Assembly: GCA_028820405.1 (NCBI GenBank)
Contig: JAPPJI010000021.1
Span: 2,770-66,769, forward strand
Origin: Candidatus Kaiserbacteria bacterium
GTDB taxonomy: Bacteria > Patescibacteriota > Minisyncoccia > Phycocordibacterales > JABAAK01
Direction of reading: 5' to 3'
Length of the DNA stretch: 64,000 bases
Below the pieces are notes generated by a model. It was not told where the DNA came from, ran no database searches, and saw nothing but the letters and a program-made list of their open reading frames with translations. Below, one piece after another: positions 8,999 to 18,963 of the stretch. How positions within the stretch are numbered: position 1 is the stretch's first letter; each line of letters begins with the position of its first letter. Both the position numbers and the translations under genes were made by a program.

Positions 8999-9940
8999 CT
9001 ATCCCGCATCCTTGAAGGAGATGCCCCGACTCTCAAGGCTGGTAACAATCTCCTCCATCGCCTTGTCACCGATACCCGGCAGGTCACGAATACCGACAAT
9101 ACCCCGCTTGAGGATATCCATAACGGTCCGTATTTCATTTTTCTCCAAGATGGAAACCACACCTGCACTGAGACCGAGATCGTCAATCGTAATGGTATCT
9201 GACCCGGACGCACCCTCTTCTGCCACCTTCTTTTCTTTGCCTTCCTCCTGAAATCCGGTCATTGCCTCAAACTGTGCAATCATCGTACGAACCACTTTGT
9301 CAAGTGCCTGCCTGGGGGTAACGGTTCCGTCTGTTTCAATACTCACAACGAGACGATTGAAGTCGGTTCGATCACCGACCCGCATGTTGTGTACTTCATA
9401 CGCTGACCGCCTGACGGGAGAAAACATGGCATCAACAAAGATAGAATCAACTGCATCTGAGCTGGCAAGATCTTCGCGGGGACGAAAACCAATCCCCTGC
9501 AACACGTCAGCTTCAATACTGAGCTCGGTCTTGCCGTCAGTGATCTCAGCAATGACCAAATCCTTGTTCACGATCTCAATCTGTGACGGTGTTTCAAAAT
9601 CGCCGGCGGTTACCGGACCGACACCGCTCTTCTTGAGGGTAATAGTCTGTGGGAACACCTCGGTATTCGCCCGCACCCGAATGTTTTTCATGTTAACGAC
9701 AACCGTGAGGGCATCCTCCTTGACTCCGTCGATAACGGAAAATTCATGCGGAACATTTTTAATCCGCACCGCAGTGACCGCCGTACCGGGAATAGATGAG
9801 AGGAGCATGCGACGGAGTGCATTTCCCAATGTGTTGCCATACCCCGGGTAGAGGTTTGATATTTCATAGGTTCCCCGGTCCCCCTCTTCACTAATCATTT
9901 CCGGCTTTGATGGAACGGCGATGTTAATGTATTCTGTCAT
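8999..9940 (-). CDS. rpoA: RNA polymerase alpha subunit
   Basis: GYGNTLGNALRRMLLSSIPG, HEFS, DAMFSPV; alphaCTD GIGDKA. Confidence 0.98.
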   Translation of the reverse strand: MTEYINIAVPSKPEMISEEGDRGTYEISNLYPGYGNTLGNALRRMLLSSIPGTAVTAVRIKNVPHEFSVIDGVKEDALTVVVNMKNIRVRANTEVFPQTITLKKSGVGPVTAGDFETPSQIEIVNKDLVIAEITDGKTELSIEADVLQGIGFRPREDLASSDAVDSIFVDAMFSPVRRSAYEVHNMRVGDRTDFNRLVVSIETDGTVTPRQALDKVVRTMIAQFEAMTGFQEEGKEKKVAEEGASGSDTITIDDLGLSAGVVSILEKNEIRTVMDILKRGIVGIRDLPGIGDKAMEEIVTSLESRGISFKDAG

Positions 9941-9961
9941 ACGCGTTGATTATGTATACGT

Positions 9962-10558
9962 TTATCGGGAATAATATTCAAAAATTGCCGGTAAGGAAAA
10001 AATGGTCTCACCGATAACCGGCTTGTCGGTAATGGATCCGGACTTTTTCTTCGCATCCCATGATGCCCACGCAACACGAGACGTAACTGCTTTGCCGGTG
10101 AGGATTGCCTGAAAGAGTGAGGTTCGCTCACTTCCTGCACGCACCTGGATAACATCAGCATCACGGACACGGTATGACGGAATGGTCATCTTCCGACCAT
10201 TCACCGTAATGTGACCGTGGGAAACCAATTGTCGGGCCATCCGACGGGTTAACGCGAGACCGAGCTGGTACACAATGTTATCAAGCCGCCGCTCAAGCAC
10301 CTGAACGAGTACATCCTCCGCTTCACCGCTCTTCACTGCTTCACGGGCATAGTTCTTGAGAACCTTCTCTGAAATACCGTAGAGGTATCGCACCTTCTGC
10401 TTCTCAACAAGCTGTCGACCGTACTCTGTCGGACGCCTCCCCCGACTCGGTCGTACGGACCGGTTCTGCTCACGATACACGAACTTCTGCGTTTGGCACT
10501 TCTCAAAGATTGGTGCCTGCAGTCGTCGACTGATTTTATACTTCTTAACTCTTTTCAT
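9962..10558 (-). CDS. rpsD: 30S ribosomal protein S4
   Basis: [34 protein letters not shown]. Confidence 0.98.
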   Translation of the reverse strand: MKRVKKYKISRRLQAPIFEKCQTQKFVYREQNRSVRPSRGRRPTEYGRQLVEKQKVRYLYGISEKVLKNYAREAVKSGEAEDVLVQVLERRLDNIVYQLGLALTRRMARQLVSHGHITVNGRKMTIPSYRVRDADVIQVRAGSERTSLFQAILTGKAVTSRVAWASWDAKKKSGSITDKPVIGETIFSLPAIFEYYSR

Positions 10559-10567
10559 AACTTCTTG

Positions 10568-11005
10568 CTACACGCGACGAGGCTTCCTTCGTCGCGGTCC
10601 GTTATGCGGTACCGGTGTCCGGTCACGTATTGAGTGAATGATAAAGCGACGATTCAGGAATGAACGAATAGCTGACTCCCGTCCGCCCCCAACCCCTTTC
10701 ACAATGATGTCAATGTCTTTAACTCCAATAGCCGCAACCTTCTCTGCAACTGCCTCAGCTACCTTTGCCGCAGCATACGGCGTTGCTTTTTTCGCACTGT
10801 TGAAACCAAGCATACTGCTCGTCACCCACGTAACAACACTGCCGTTTTTCTCCGTGAAGAGAACCTTAGTGTTGTTAAACGTTGATTCGACAAACACAAT
10901 TCCCGATCCCAACTTTTTCTTCGGTATCTTTGAGAGTACGCGGGCACGCTTTCCTGCATCACCCCGCCCTCGCTCCACCTTACTCGCTGTTCGCTTCTTT
11001 CCCAT
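10568..11005 (-). CDS. rpsK: 30S ribosomal protein S11
   Basis: STFNNT, KATPYAA, TPVPHNGPR. Confidence 0.98.
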   Translation of the reverse strand: MGKKRTASKVERGRGDAGKRARVLSKIPKKKLGSGIVFVESTFNNTKVLFTEKNGSVVTWVTSSMLGFNSAKKATPYAAAKVAEAVAEKVAAIGVKDIDIIVKGVGGGRESAIRSFLNRRFIIHSIRDRTPVPHNGPRRRKPRRV

Positions 11006-11014
11006 GGTATGTCT

Positions 11015-11395
11015 TTACTTCTTCTGCAGCTTCACGCGTCCTGATCCCATTGTCTTTCGACCACCCTGCCGTTTTGTTCGCGCATTTGTTTTTGTTCGCT
11101 GACCGCGAACCGGAAGTCCGACGCTGTGTCGGTACCCTCGAATAACCTGCAGATCTTTGAGTCGTTTAATATCACCGGCAACAGATCGACGGAGATCTCC
11201 TTCCACAACATACGATTCCACTTTTTTTCGTACAAGCGTCTCCTGCTCTTCTGAAAGATCTTTTGCCATCGTCATCGGTTCAATTGATGCCTCCTTCAAA
11301 ATATCTTCCGCACGTGCACGTCCAATACCATACACTGCGGTCAGTGCAATATTGAGGTGTTTTTCCTCCGGTATGTTTATTCCAACGATACGCAT
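11015..11395 (-). CDS. rpsM: 30S ribosomal protein S13
   Basis: MRIVGINIP, YGIG, GLPVRGQRTKTNARTKR. Confidence 0.98.
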   Translation of the reverse strand: MRIVGINIPEEKHLNIALTAVYGIGRARAEDILKEASIEPMTMAKDLSEEQETLVRKKVESYVVEGDLRRSVAGDIKRLKDLQVIRGYRHSVGLPVRGQRTKTNARTKRQGGRKTMGSGRVKLQKK

Positions 11396-11402
11396 AGATA
11401 GG

Positions 11403-11522
11403 TTACTTCTGTCGTCGTTTTCGACGCGGGTTTCTTTTGTTTATGAGATACAAACGACCTTTCCGACGAACAAGTTTATCTCCCTGCTGTTCATTTGCTC
11501 GTATTGAAGTACGTACTTTCAT
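11403..11522 (-). CDS. rpmJ: 50S ribosomal protein L36, cysteine-free form
   Basis: MKVRTSIR...[23 protein letters not shown] between infA and rpsM. Confidence 0.93.
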   Translation of the reverse strand: MKVRTSIRANEQQGDKLVRRKGRLYLINKRNPRRKRRQK

Positions 11523-11550
11523 GGGTTTATTTGCTTTCACCCCTCTTTTT

Positions 11551-11793
11551 CTATAAACGCTTGACGATACGAGCCCGCTCTCCATGCTGGTCAACCACGA
11601 GCGTAACACGGTCACCAACCATGACTTTTATGCGGTTCATTCGCATGCGCCCTGAAAGGTATGAGAGGTAGACGATTTCTTCTTGGTCACCGTCTCCTTC
11701 CACTGCAACACGAAAGAGAGCACTTGGGAGAGCTTCTAAAACGCTCCCAACAACCTCATTTTCCTTGCTCGGTTGTGTTGTGTCCTTAGTCAC
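11551..11793 (-). CDS. infA: Translation initiation factor IF-1
   Basis: [28 protein letters not shown]; GTG start inferred. Confidence 0.93.
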   Translation of the reverse strand: MTKDTTQPSKENEVVGSVLEALPSALFRVAVEGDGDQEEIVYLSYLSGRMRMNRIKVMVGDRVTLVVDQHGERARIVKRL

Positions 11794-11821
11794 AGCGGAT
11801 AATTTATCGTACCATAGAAAC

Positions 11822-11850
11822 TCCACGCCACGCAAGACACGTGGCGTGGA
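11822..11850 (-). terminator. Hairpin terminator after the surface-protein gene
   Basis: 11-bp inverted repeat tccacgccacg/cgtggcgtgga. Confidence 0.65.
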
Positions 11851-11868
11851 TAACCTAACTCAATGATT

Positions 11869-14220
11869 CTACTGGCTTGTTCCCGCATCCCCACTCGGGT
11901 TGGTAGACATTTGCTCCTGAATCTGGTTTGTTATTTCTGCAATCTGTTGCTCGAGAGCCGCAAGATCAGCTTGCGTATCCTCTGCCGCAACAACAAATGG
12001 TGCAAGGAAGGTGGTGGTGTCAGTCTCACTGTCAATGTAGACAATTACCTCACCCGTCACCTCTTCCCCTCGTGCTTCCTGGAACCTTCGAACCGCAGCG
12101 TCGGTCGCATCACCAAAGATATTCGTTTCATTTCCTGGAGATCCGGGACCTTCACTCGCAACGAGGAAGTCACCGCCCTGACTGTTGAGGAATCGCTGCA
12201 GGTCTCGCACCGGCTCCATAACAACACCTTTTCGCAAGGTAACCGGGTCACCAGTCGGTGTTGCTAAGACGACTACATCTTGATCTGGGGTGCTGTCCTC
12301 CTCTTCAACTGCTGCTGTATCGTCTTGCACCGGCTCTTCAACGATAAGTTGCGGTGCTGTCGGCTTCGTTGGGTCAACAACCGGCTCACTGCTGCCTGCG
12401 TCTTCTTGATCAACGGGCTGGCTGACAACATCACTGTCCTCGCTATCAGAAACTACCAATTCCGGAGCTGTTGGTTTCACGTCTTCGCTATTCTGGTCAA
12501 CACTTGACTCATCAGGAGTTTCTGAATCTCCGTCAGCCACAGGAATAACAATGGAACTTGCCTGGTCATCAGACGGAAGTTCCGGTGCCTGAATCCGCAG
12601 TACGTCTTCTACCTCACTTTCAATGGTGAAGTCCTTAATCGCAACAGGGTCTCCGCTGTTGATACTAAACGTACAGTCTTCGTAAACTCCGTCATCAAGT
12701 TTTGCCGTTCGTACCTCATGTTTCTCTGATACTGACAACTGGTCTCCGTCTCTCTTGACGACAAACTGACCGCTGCTCAGGAGGCGGTCATTGAAGTGCT
12801 TACACATGCCCGCACCGCCGATGGTAATCGTCGCGATACTCTCTGTCTCATCCCCTGAGAACCAGTGATCAACATCAATAGTAAATGACACCCGTCGCTT
12901 TCGTTCTTCGACAGAAACTTGCTCTATCGGATTACTCAGCAAAACTCCTTCCGGACTGTCAACCGTGAATGTCGGAATATCATGCACTTCTGAAACAGCA
13001 CCTGTGTCATCACGAAGAGCAATACTGCAGTCATAGGAACCGTTGTTCAGCGACAACGCAATGGTAACCGGTCCTGCCGCCACAACCTGGTCTTCAATGG
13101 CACAGCCATCACCGCTCATGGTAAGTATGCCGGGTACGCTTGCGGTAACGGTGTATGAAGGATACTGGTAGGTCACCCCTTCTCCAGACTCCTTGGTGAG
13201 AGATCCTTCGGTGAGCAGCGGCTGTGGTGCAGCTGTCACCACGCCGTCGACAACAGGACCTGTTTCCTCAGCAGCACCCTCCCCTGCCACAGCAGTACTT
13301 ACTGGATCTTCTTGTACAGCAATCGGTGCATCGCTTGCAACAGGAGTGCTGTCATCCTGAACGTCTGTTTCCTCTTCAACGGGACTCGCCTGTCCTTCCG
13401 GTACCACTACCGAATCTTCAACCGGTGCCGTTGGCGTGTCCTCCACAACAGGAACACTCTCATCCTGAGTATCCTCTGCTACCCCTTCAACATCTGGTGT
13501 CACCACTGGTTCAGATGCTACCCCCTCTTCAACAGGCACGACCGGAGTATCGCTCGTAACGGGAGCATCTTCACCTTGTGTGTCTGTTTCTTCTACGACA
13601 GCAGGGATTTCTGTGTCTACGACTGGTGCTGGTGGTGTGTCACTCACATCAGAAGCAGTGTCATCTTCAACTGGCGCGACAGGATCTGGCGTCTCTTCCG
13701 GTGCTGCTACCGGCTCCCCATCTACTGGTGCAGTCACGGGTACCTGCTCTTGTGCTTGCGGATCAGAGATCTGAGCAGCGTGTGTAACCTGCGTAAGTGA
13801 TCCTGATCCAAGCGAGTTTCCGCTCGTGTCAACAATGTCAGTACCGTCACCCGGTGCAGTGTAGGAAATGGTTGTTGCAACACCTTCAGGGAGCGGCTGC
13901 GAGAGCAGCAGTGTCACCGTCTGAGCATGAACAATAACGTGGTTCACCGCAAGACCTTCCTGGTCAGTAGCAAATCCGCCATCCCCGTCAATGTTTCTTG
14001 GGATGAGGGCTTCACTAACGGTAAGCGTAATGATCGATCCGCTCGGATCAACAGCACTGTCGGTAACGGTTAGTCCCACTACTTCCGTCTCCGTTGGGGC
14101 AGGTTGTCCTGCTACGTCCTGTTGCTGTGCACCAACGGTTGCGGGGAAAAGAAATAATAGGGCGATAAGTGCTGGGACAATACCAACACGTGCATATAAC
14201 TGCTTCATATAATTGAACAT
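11869..14220 (-). CDS. Secreted acidic surface protein (SwmB-like Ig domain, low-complexity linkers, C-terminal PG-binding domain)
   Basis: Signal peptide; ITLTVSEAL..TVTLLLSQPL..ISYTAP..IVDTSGN; VRDLQRFLN..GPGSPGNETNIFGDATDAAVRRFQ. Confidence 0.75.
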   Translation of the reverse strand: MFNYMKQLYARVGIVPALIALLFLFPATVGAQQQDVAGQPAPTETEVVGLTVTDSAVDPSGSIITLTVSEALIPRNIDGDGGFATDQEGLAVNHVIVHAQTVTLLLSQPLPEGVATTISYTAPGDGTDIVDTSGNSLGSGSLTQVTHAAQISDPQAQEQVPVTAPVDGEPVAAPEETPDPVAPVEDDTASDVSDTPPAPVVDTEIPAVVEETDTQGEDAPVTSDTPVVPVEEGVASEPVVTPDVEGVAEDTQDESVPVVEDTPTAPVEDSVVVPEGQASPVEEETDVQDDSTPVASDAPIAVQEDPVSTAVAGEGAAEETGPVVDGVVTAAPQPLLTEGSLTKESGEGVTYQYPSYTVTASVPGILTMSGDGCAIEDQVVAAGPVTIALSLNNGSYDCSIALRDDTGAVSEVHDIPTFTVDSPEGVLLSNPIEQVSVEERKRRVSFTIDVDHWFSGDETESIATITIGGAGMCKHFNDRLLSSGQFVVKRDGDQLSVSEKHEVRTAKLDDGVYEDCTFSINSGDPVAIKDFTIESEVEDVLRIQAPELPSDDQASSIVIPVADGDSETPDESSVDQNSEDVKPTAPELVVSDSEDSDVVSQPVDQEDAGSSEPVVDPTKPTAPQLIVEEPVQDDTAAVEEEDSTPDQDVVVLATPTGDPVTLRKGVVMEPVRDLQRFLNSQGGDFLVASEGPGSPGNETNIFGDATDAAVRRFQEARGEEVTGEVIVYIDSETDTTTFLAPFVVAAEDTQADLAALEQQIAEITNQIQEQMSTNPSGDAGTSQ

Positions 14221-14316
14221 CGTACAAAAATAATAAATAAACGGGCGACACTTTCACACTTACAATGGTATCACACCGCTGTCATTGGTATGAGACTATG
14301 TGGAAATGTCGCCCGT

Positions 14317-14949
14317 CTATACTGTTTCTTCCCGATACGTATCTATGTCTTTATGATTGCCGGAGATAAGAACGTCAGGAACGGCATACTCTTTTCCCTC
14401 GTGCACGATGACTTGCGGACGGGTGTATACCGACCCGCCCGCAACCCGCGTTTCTTCACGAGATGATTCATTCCCGAGAACACCGGGAATATGCCGGGAA
14501 ACTGCGTCAATAACGAGCAGTGCGGGGATCTCACCGCCGGTTAGCGTAAAAGAGCCGACGGAAATACGCTCTGCCTCGGCAATGAGGGCTACTCGTTCAT
14601 CAATACCTTCATAGTGACCGCAGAGCAGCACGAGGTGGTCATAAGCTGCATAGGTTTGTGCCCGCTCCTGATTGAACAGATCGCCCCGCGGTGTGAAGAA
14701 TAGTACTGTTTCACGACCAGACCCTTGCACTGCCTTTTCAAGACAGCGCAAAAACGGTTCAGCCCTGAGCACCATACCGGGACCGCCACCATACGGACGA
14801 TCGTCAACCCGTTTTGCCGACTCAGCTTCATCAATCGGATTGAAGTAGTGAACATCAAGCAACCCTTGCTCGGTTGCACGTCCAAGAATAGATGTTTGAA
14901 GGTAGGTCTGACAGATATCCGGGAACAGTGATATGATGCTCACCCGCAT
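14317..14949 (-). CDS. trmD: tRNA (guanine-N1)-methyltransferase
   Basis: VDDRPYGGGPGMV, CGHYEGIDER, LTGGEIPA. Confidence 0.98.
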   Translation of the reverse strand: MRVSIISLFPDICQTYLQTSILGRATEQGLLDVHYFNPIDEAESAKRVDDRPYGGGPGMVLRAEPFLRCLEKAVQGSGRETVLFFTPRGDLFNQERAQTYAAYDHLVLLCGHYEGIDERVALIAEAERISVGSFTLTGGEIPALLVIDAVSRHIPGVLGNESSREETRVAGGSVYTRPQVIVHEGKEYAVPDVLISGNHKDIDTYREETV

Positions 14950-14955
14950 AGTCCC

Positions 14956-15228
14956 CTACATTCCTGTTTCTGACTTGTCTGGCTCCTGAATAATAACGCT
15001 GATTTTTGCTTGATTTTGCCCGCCGTATGCGTGCATAACGGTACGAATAGCCGTTGCCATTCGTCCCTGGGATCCGACAACCTTACCCATGTCACCCGGG
15101 TCAACACTCAATGTGAGCTTTACCCCCTGCTTATCAACCTCCTGTTCAACATGTACCTTGTCGGGGTTGTCAACGATTTTTTGAATAATAGTGGTAAGAA
15201 ATTGTGATTCCTCTTTCTCTTGTGTCAT
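14956..15228 (-). CDS. khpA: KH-domain RNA-binding protein
   Basis: DMGKVVGSQGRMATAIRT; between rpsP and trmD. Confidence 0.88.
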   Translation of the reverse strand: MTQEKEESQFLTTIIQKIVDNPDKVHVEQEVDKQGVKLTLSVDPGDMGKVVGSQGRMATAIRTVMHAYGGQNQAKISVIIQEPDKSETGM

Positions 15229-15254
15229 AGTTTGTGTAGTTCAGCAATAATATT

Positions 15255-15704
15255 TCATCCTTCCTGGGAAGGAGTGGTGGAATCATCAGTTGCAGATTCC
15301 TCTTGTGGCTTGTCGTCTGTGCCCTCTTCAGCGGTCTCAGCCGGTGCTTCTGTCGGCTGCTCACCTTCTGATGCTTCTTGAGACTCGGGAGCTTCTGTCG
15401 TTGCTTCACGTTCCTCCTCATTCTTGACAATCGGCTGCTTCTTAGGAAGTACATTCTGTTTTGTTCCCTCGATAATACCGTTTTGAATCAGAATGTTGTG
15501 GAGCGTATCTGACGGCTTTGCACCGTTTGCGATCCAGTGTTGCACCCGGTCTCCGTTGACTGACGTTTTCTTCCGAACGGTGTCATGAAAGCCGAGTATC
15601 TCAACAGGAACCCCCTTCTTCGCTGCAACAGCTGACTCAACAACAACAACCCGATACGAAGGATCGTTTCTTCTCCCGATACGCTGCAAACGAATTTTCA
15701 ACAT
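15255..15704 (-). CDS. rpsP: 30S ribosomal protein S16 with acidic C-terminal tail
   Basis: MLKIRLQRIGRRNDPSYRVVV, WIANGAKPSDT. Confidence 0.97.
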   Translation of the reverse strand: MLKIRLQRIGRRNDPSYRVVVVESAVAAKKGVPVEILGFHDTVRKKTSVNGDRVQHWIANGAKPSDTLHNILIQNGIIEGTKQNVLPKKQPIVKNEEEREATTEAPESQEASEGEQPTEAPAETAEEGTDDKPQEESATDDSTTPSQEG

Positions 15705-15751
15705 GCTTGTGGTTACGTATGTACCACTGTGCCACGATATCAGGCTGTCTG

Positions 15752-17104
15752 TCAATAGCACTCAAGTTTTTTGAGTCCCTGGTGTGCACGAAGCTTTTCC
15801 AGTGCCCGTGCTTCAATTTGACGAACCCGCTCACGCGTAACTCCCATCTTGTTACCGATTTGCTCAAGGGTATACCGAATACCATCGTCTTGCATGCCGT
15901 GTCGCATCTCAATGACCTCTCGCTCACGGGAAGAAAGGTCTTCGAGAATGTCTTGTATCTGCTCCCGCAAGATGTCGTGAGAGACAATTGTCTCCTGCGT
16001 GTCCTGATCAACATCCTCAATGGTATCAGATATCTTTGTGTTACTCTCCTCATCATCGGAACCGCCGAGAGGCTTCTCAAGCTGCACGACCTCCTGCGTA
16101 ATACGACGAATAGTGTAGATTTTTTCAACCTCAACACCCAACTCATCAGCCACCTCCTGCACCGTCGGCACACGACCGAGGTCCTGTTCCAGTTGCACCA
16201 TCGTTTTCTTATATCGCTGTGCGGTTTCAGACATGTGCACCGGGATTCGAATCGTTCTTGACTTATCCGCCAGTCCCCGCACAATTGACTGTTTGATCCA
16301 CCACGTTGCGTAGGTGGAGAACTTGAATCCCCGCTGCGGCTCAAACTTGTCCACCGCTTTATACAGCCCTTCAACTCCCTCTTGCACGAGGTCAAGCAGG
16401 TTGAGATCACGACTTCGTCCCGCATAGTTCTTGGCAATAGAGACAACGAGACGGAGGTTTGCGGTCGCAAGCCGATGTCGTGCTTCAAGACCTTCTTCGA
16501 CAACGGTTCGCTGTGCTTTCGACAGTGCAGTGGTTTTCTTTTTCTTTTCAAGCAGTTTTTGACGTGCCATGATCTTCTCCCCGAGTTCCTGCTCTTCTGC
16601 AGCACTCAACAGGGCGTACTTTCCGATGTCCCGCAGGTACATTTGAATGGAATCGTACGAAGAGAGGTCTGTTTCCGGGAACCGACTGTCGGTTTTTAGT
16701 TTCTCTTCATGCAAAATGCCGTCACGATGCACGAGATCAATGCAGTTGTTATTGAGTATTTTCTCAATGCAGTCCCACACTTCCTTCTCATTGTCACATT
16801 CACTCGGATTAACGTGTTCAAGGATGATGTCTGACGGAACATAGCCACTCCCCTGACACTGTTTAACAAGATCTTTGATTTTTTTGCGAAACTTGGTCGG
16901 AATCACTGCATACAACTCCTTCTCTCTCTGTGCCGCAAGAATCGCTTCATCAATGTTGTCGTCCTTTTCCGCCGTTTTCTTTTTTGCAACACGCACCGCT
17001 TTCTTTACCTTCTTTTTCATTGTTTTCTTTACCGCCTTCTTCGCCCGTGTCGTCTTCTTTTTTACAGACGTTTTTTTCCGTGCAGTTTTCTTCTTGGCTG
17101 GCAT
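15752..17104 (-). CDS. rpoD: Primary sigma-70 factor with Lys-rich N-terminus
   Basis: [44 protein letters not shown]; downstream of dnaG. Confidence 0.96.
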   Translation of the reverse strand: MPAKKKTARKKTSVKKKTTRAKKAVKKTMKKKVKKAVRVAKKKTAEKDDNIDEAILAAQREKELYAVIPTKFRKKIKDLVKQCQGSGYVPSDIILEHVNPSECDNEKEVWDCIEKILNNNCIDLVHRDGILHEEKLKTDSRFPETDLSSYDSIQMYLRDIGKYALLSAAEEQELGEKIMARQKLLEKKKKTTALSKAQRTVVEEGLEARHRLATANLRLVVSIAKNYAGRSRDLNLLDLVQEGVEGLYKAVDKFEPQRGFKFSTYATWWIKQSIVRGLADKSRTIRIPVHMSETAQRYKKTMVQLEQDLGRVPTVQEVADELGVEVEKIYTIRRITQEVVQLEKPLGGSDDEESNTKISDTIEDVDQDTQETIVSHDILREQIQDILEDLSSREREVIEMRHGMQDDGIRYTLEQIGNKMGVTRERVRQIEARALEKLRAHQGLKKLECY

Positions 17105-17223
17105 ATGAGAGGTTTGTGCTCCCTACACAAAGTAGTGCAGAATATTGTAGCATGGTTTGAAAAACACGCAACTCGTCCTGGGGACAGGGGCAGATATACC
17201 CTGCTACTGCCTGCTCTCTTCCG

Positions 17224-18873
17224 TTACACCGCGGGTGCTCGGCTTTTTTTCACCTCCTGTCGCTTTCGAGCTTCTTGAAACAACGTACTGATTGATTTGC
17301 GCAGATCTTCTTGCACCCGAGCAGCCCGATCCTGCTTACTCAGATCAGGCATACCTTCCTCATACTTCACCACTGCCTCACTGCGAGAAACAGACGGCAA
17401 GCCCCACACAGCACATATCGTCCGCAGTGCATCCTTCTGATCTTTCTCAACTGATCCTGTCGTGCCGAGAAATGCTTGGGCACTGGCAACGATGCGCAGG
17501 TGTTTGTCGATCTTGCCGAGTTGATGTTTCGATGCAGCAGGAGTCTGGCAGACCGGAGCCGGCGTGTTCTGTATGTCAGATCGCAGTTGTTCAACCATTT
17601 CAGCCACCGCGGTGTCGGATACCCCGCAAAATGATGCCGCTTCTTTCTGCAGGTGGTCACGGGTCACGGGATTTTGCACCTTTGCAATGAGGGGAGCAAA
17701 CTGCGTCAGCACACCGCGAACCCGGTCAGCGGTATCACCGCTTGCAACCTGTGTATCAATACAATCGGTGACAAATGAAGCGACTGATTTAGCACCCCGA
17801 AACCGTGTCCGAAACTCCTCGGGATCGGCAGCAATCATATCCGCCGGATCTTTCCCGTCCGGCAGCACGACCACCTTGATATTGGTTGCATCAACACCGA
17901 TCGTAATTGCCATTTCAATCACCCGAAGTGTCGCCCGCTTCCCTGCACCGTCACCGTCGAGGGCAAGAATGAGACGGCCGCCCGAGAGTCGCTGCATTGT
18001 TTCGAGATGTTCGGTGGTAACGGCGGTTCCGGATGTTGCAACGGTCATCGGATACCCGGCCTGGTGCATGAGGATAGCATCAACCGGTCCTTCGGTGAGG
18101 ACAACGACACTTTGGCGACGAATTTCCTGTTTTGCACGATGCAATCCGTACAGAAACGTTGATTTGTTGAACAGCGGCGGCTGCATGGTCTCCGGCGAGT
18201 TGATGTACTTCGCCGTTTCTTTTTCACCGTATGCCCGCCCGGAAAATCCGATGATACGATTATTATCATGGAACGGAAACAGAACCCGTCCCCGGAAAAA
18301 GTCAAAGTGACGACCTCTCCTTTGTACGCAAAGACCTGCTTTGACATACTGTTCAAGTTCCTTTTTCGTCCGATTCTCAGTCACAGTCCGCCACGAATCC
18401 GGTGCAAACCCGATGCCCCACGCAGTAATTGACGCTTCACTGATACCGCGCCCGGTGAGGTACGATCGAACGTCATCGGTGAGCAGTTCCTGATAGAGTG
18501 AGGCGGTTGACGCAAGGATGTCATACAGACTATCCGTGTCATTCCGGCGTCTCGTCGGATGATTACCAAGTTCAATGCCTGCCTGCTGCGCAAGGATAGC
18601 GAGAGCTCCCTTGAAATCAACCCCTTCAACTTCCTGCACAAAGGAAAAGATATCTCCCCCTTTTTGTGATGAGAAGCAGTAGTACACGCCGTCTTCCGGA
18701 TCAACGTAAAAAGAGGGGGTTTTTTCGTTCGTAAAAGGAGAGAGCCCCTTCATTCGTTTACCAGAGGGAACGAGATTGGTGTATGGAGAAATGACGTCAA
18801 CGATATCAATGACCTCCTTTATTTGTCGCACCTCGTCACCTCGAGCGGCGTGAGGGCGTTGTGAGGCACACAT
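17224..18873 (-). CDS. dnaG: DNA primase
   Basis: GLSPFTNEKTPSF (degenerate Zn finger), KYINSPET, TOPRIM EGPVD..DGD, KDPAD. Confidence 0.96.
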   Translation of the reverse strand: MCASQRPHAARGDEVRQIKEVIDIVDVISPYTNLVPSGKRMKGLSPFTNEKTPSFYVDPEDGVYYCFSSQKGGDIFSFVQEVEGVDFKGALAILAQQAGIELGNHPTRRRNDTDSLYDILASTASLYQELLTDDVRSYLTGRGISEASITAWGIGFAPDSWRTVTENRTKKELEQYVKAGLCVQRRGRHFDFFRGRVLFPFHDNNRIIGFSGRAYGEKETAKYINSPETMQPPLFNKSTFLYGLHRAKQEIRRQSVVVLTEGPVDAILMHQAGYPMTVATSGTAVTTEHLETMQRLSGGRLILALDGDGAGKRATLRVIEMAITIGVDATNIKVVVLPDGKDPADMIAADPEEFRTRFRGAKSVASFVTDCIDTQVASGDTADRVRGVLTQFAPLIAKVQNPVTRDHLQKEAASFCGVSDTAVAEMVEQLRSDIQNTPAPVCQTPAASKHQLGKIDKHLRIVASAQAFLGTTGSVEKDQKDALRTICAVWGLPSVSRSEAVVKYEEGMPDLSKQDRAARVQEDLRKSISTLFQEARKRQEVKKSRAPAV

Positions 18874-18963
18874 CAATTGCATCGTATCCCAAAGCAATCA
18901 AGAGATATATCCTGTCATATGTGCACTTTGTGGATAGTGTGGAAAACCTCAGACCTGCTCCCC

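Noticed and set aside
14950-14955. rimM absent between khpA and trmD
   Set aside because: Consistent with general reduction in this group; genome-wide absence cannot be judged from one window
15637-16605. 322-aa alternate-frame ORF inside rpoD
   Set aside because: Same-strand overlap with conserved sigma regions; composition is not protein-like
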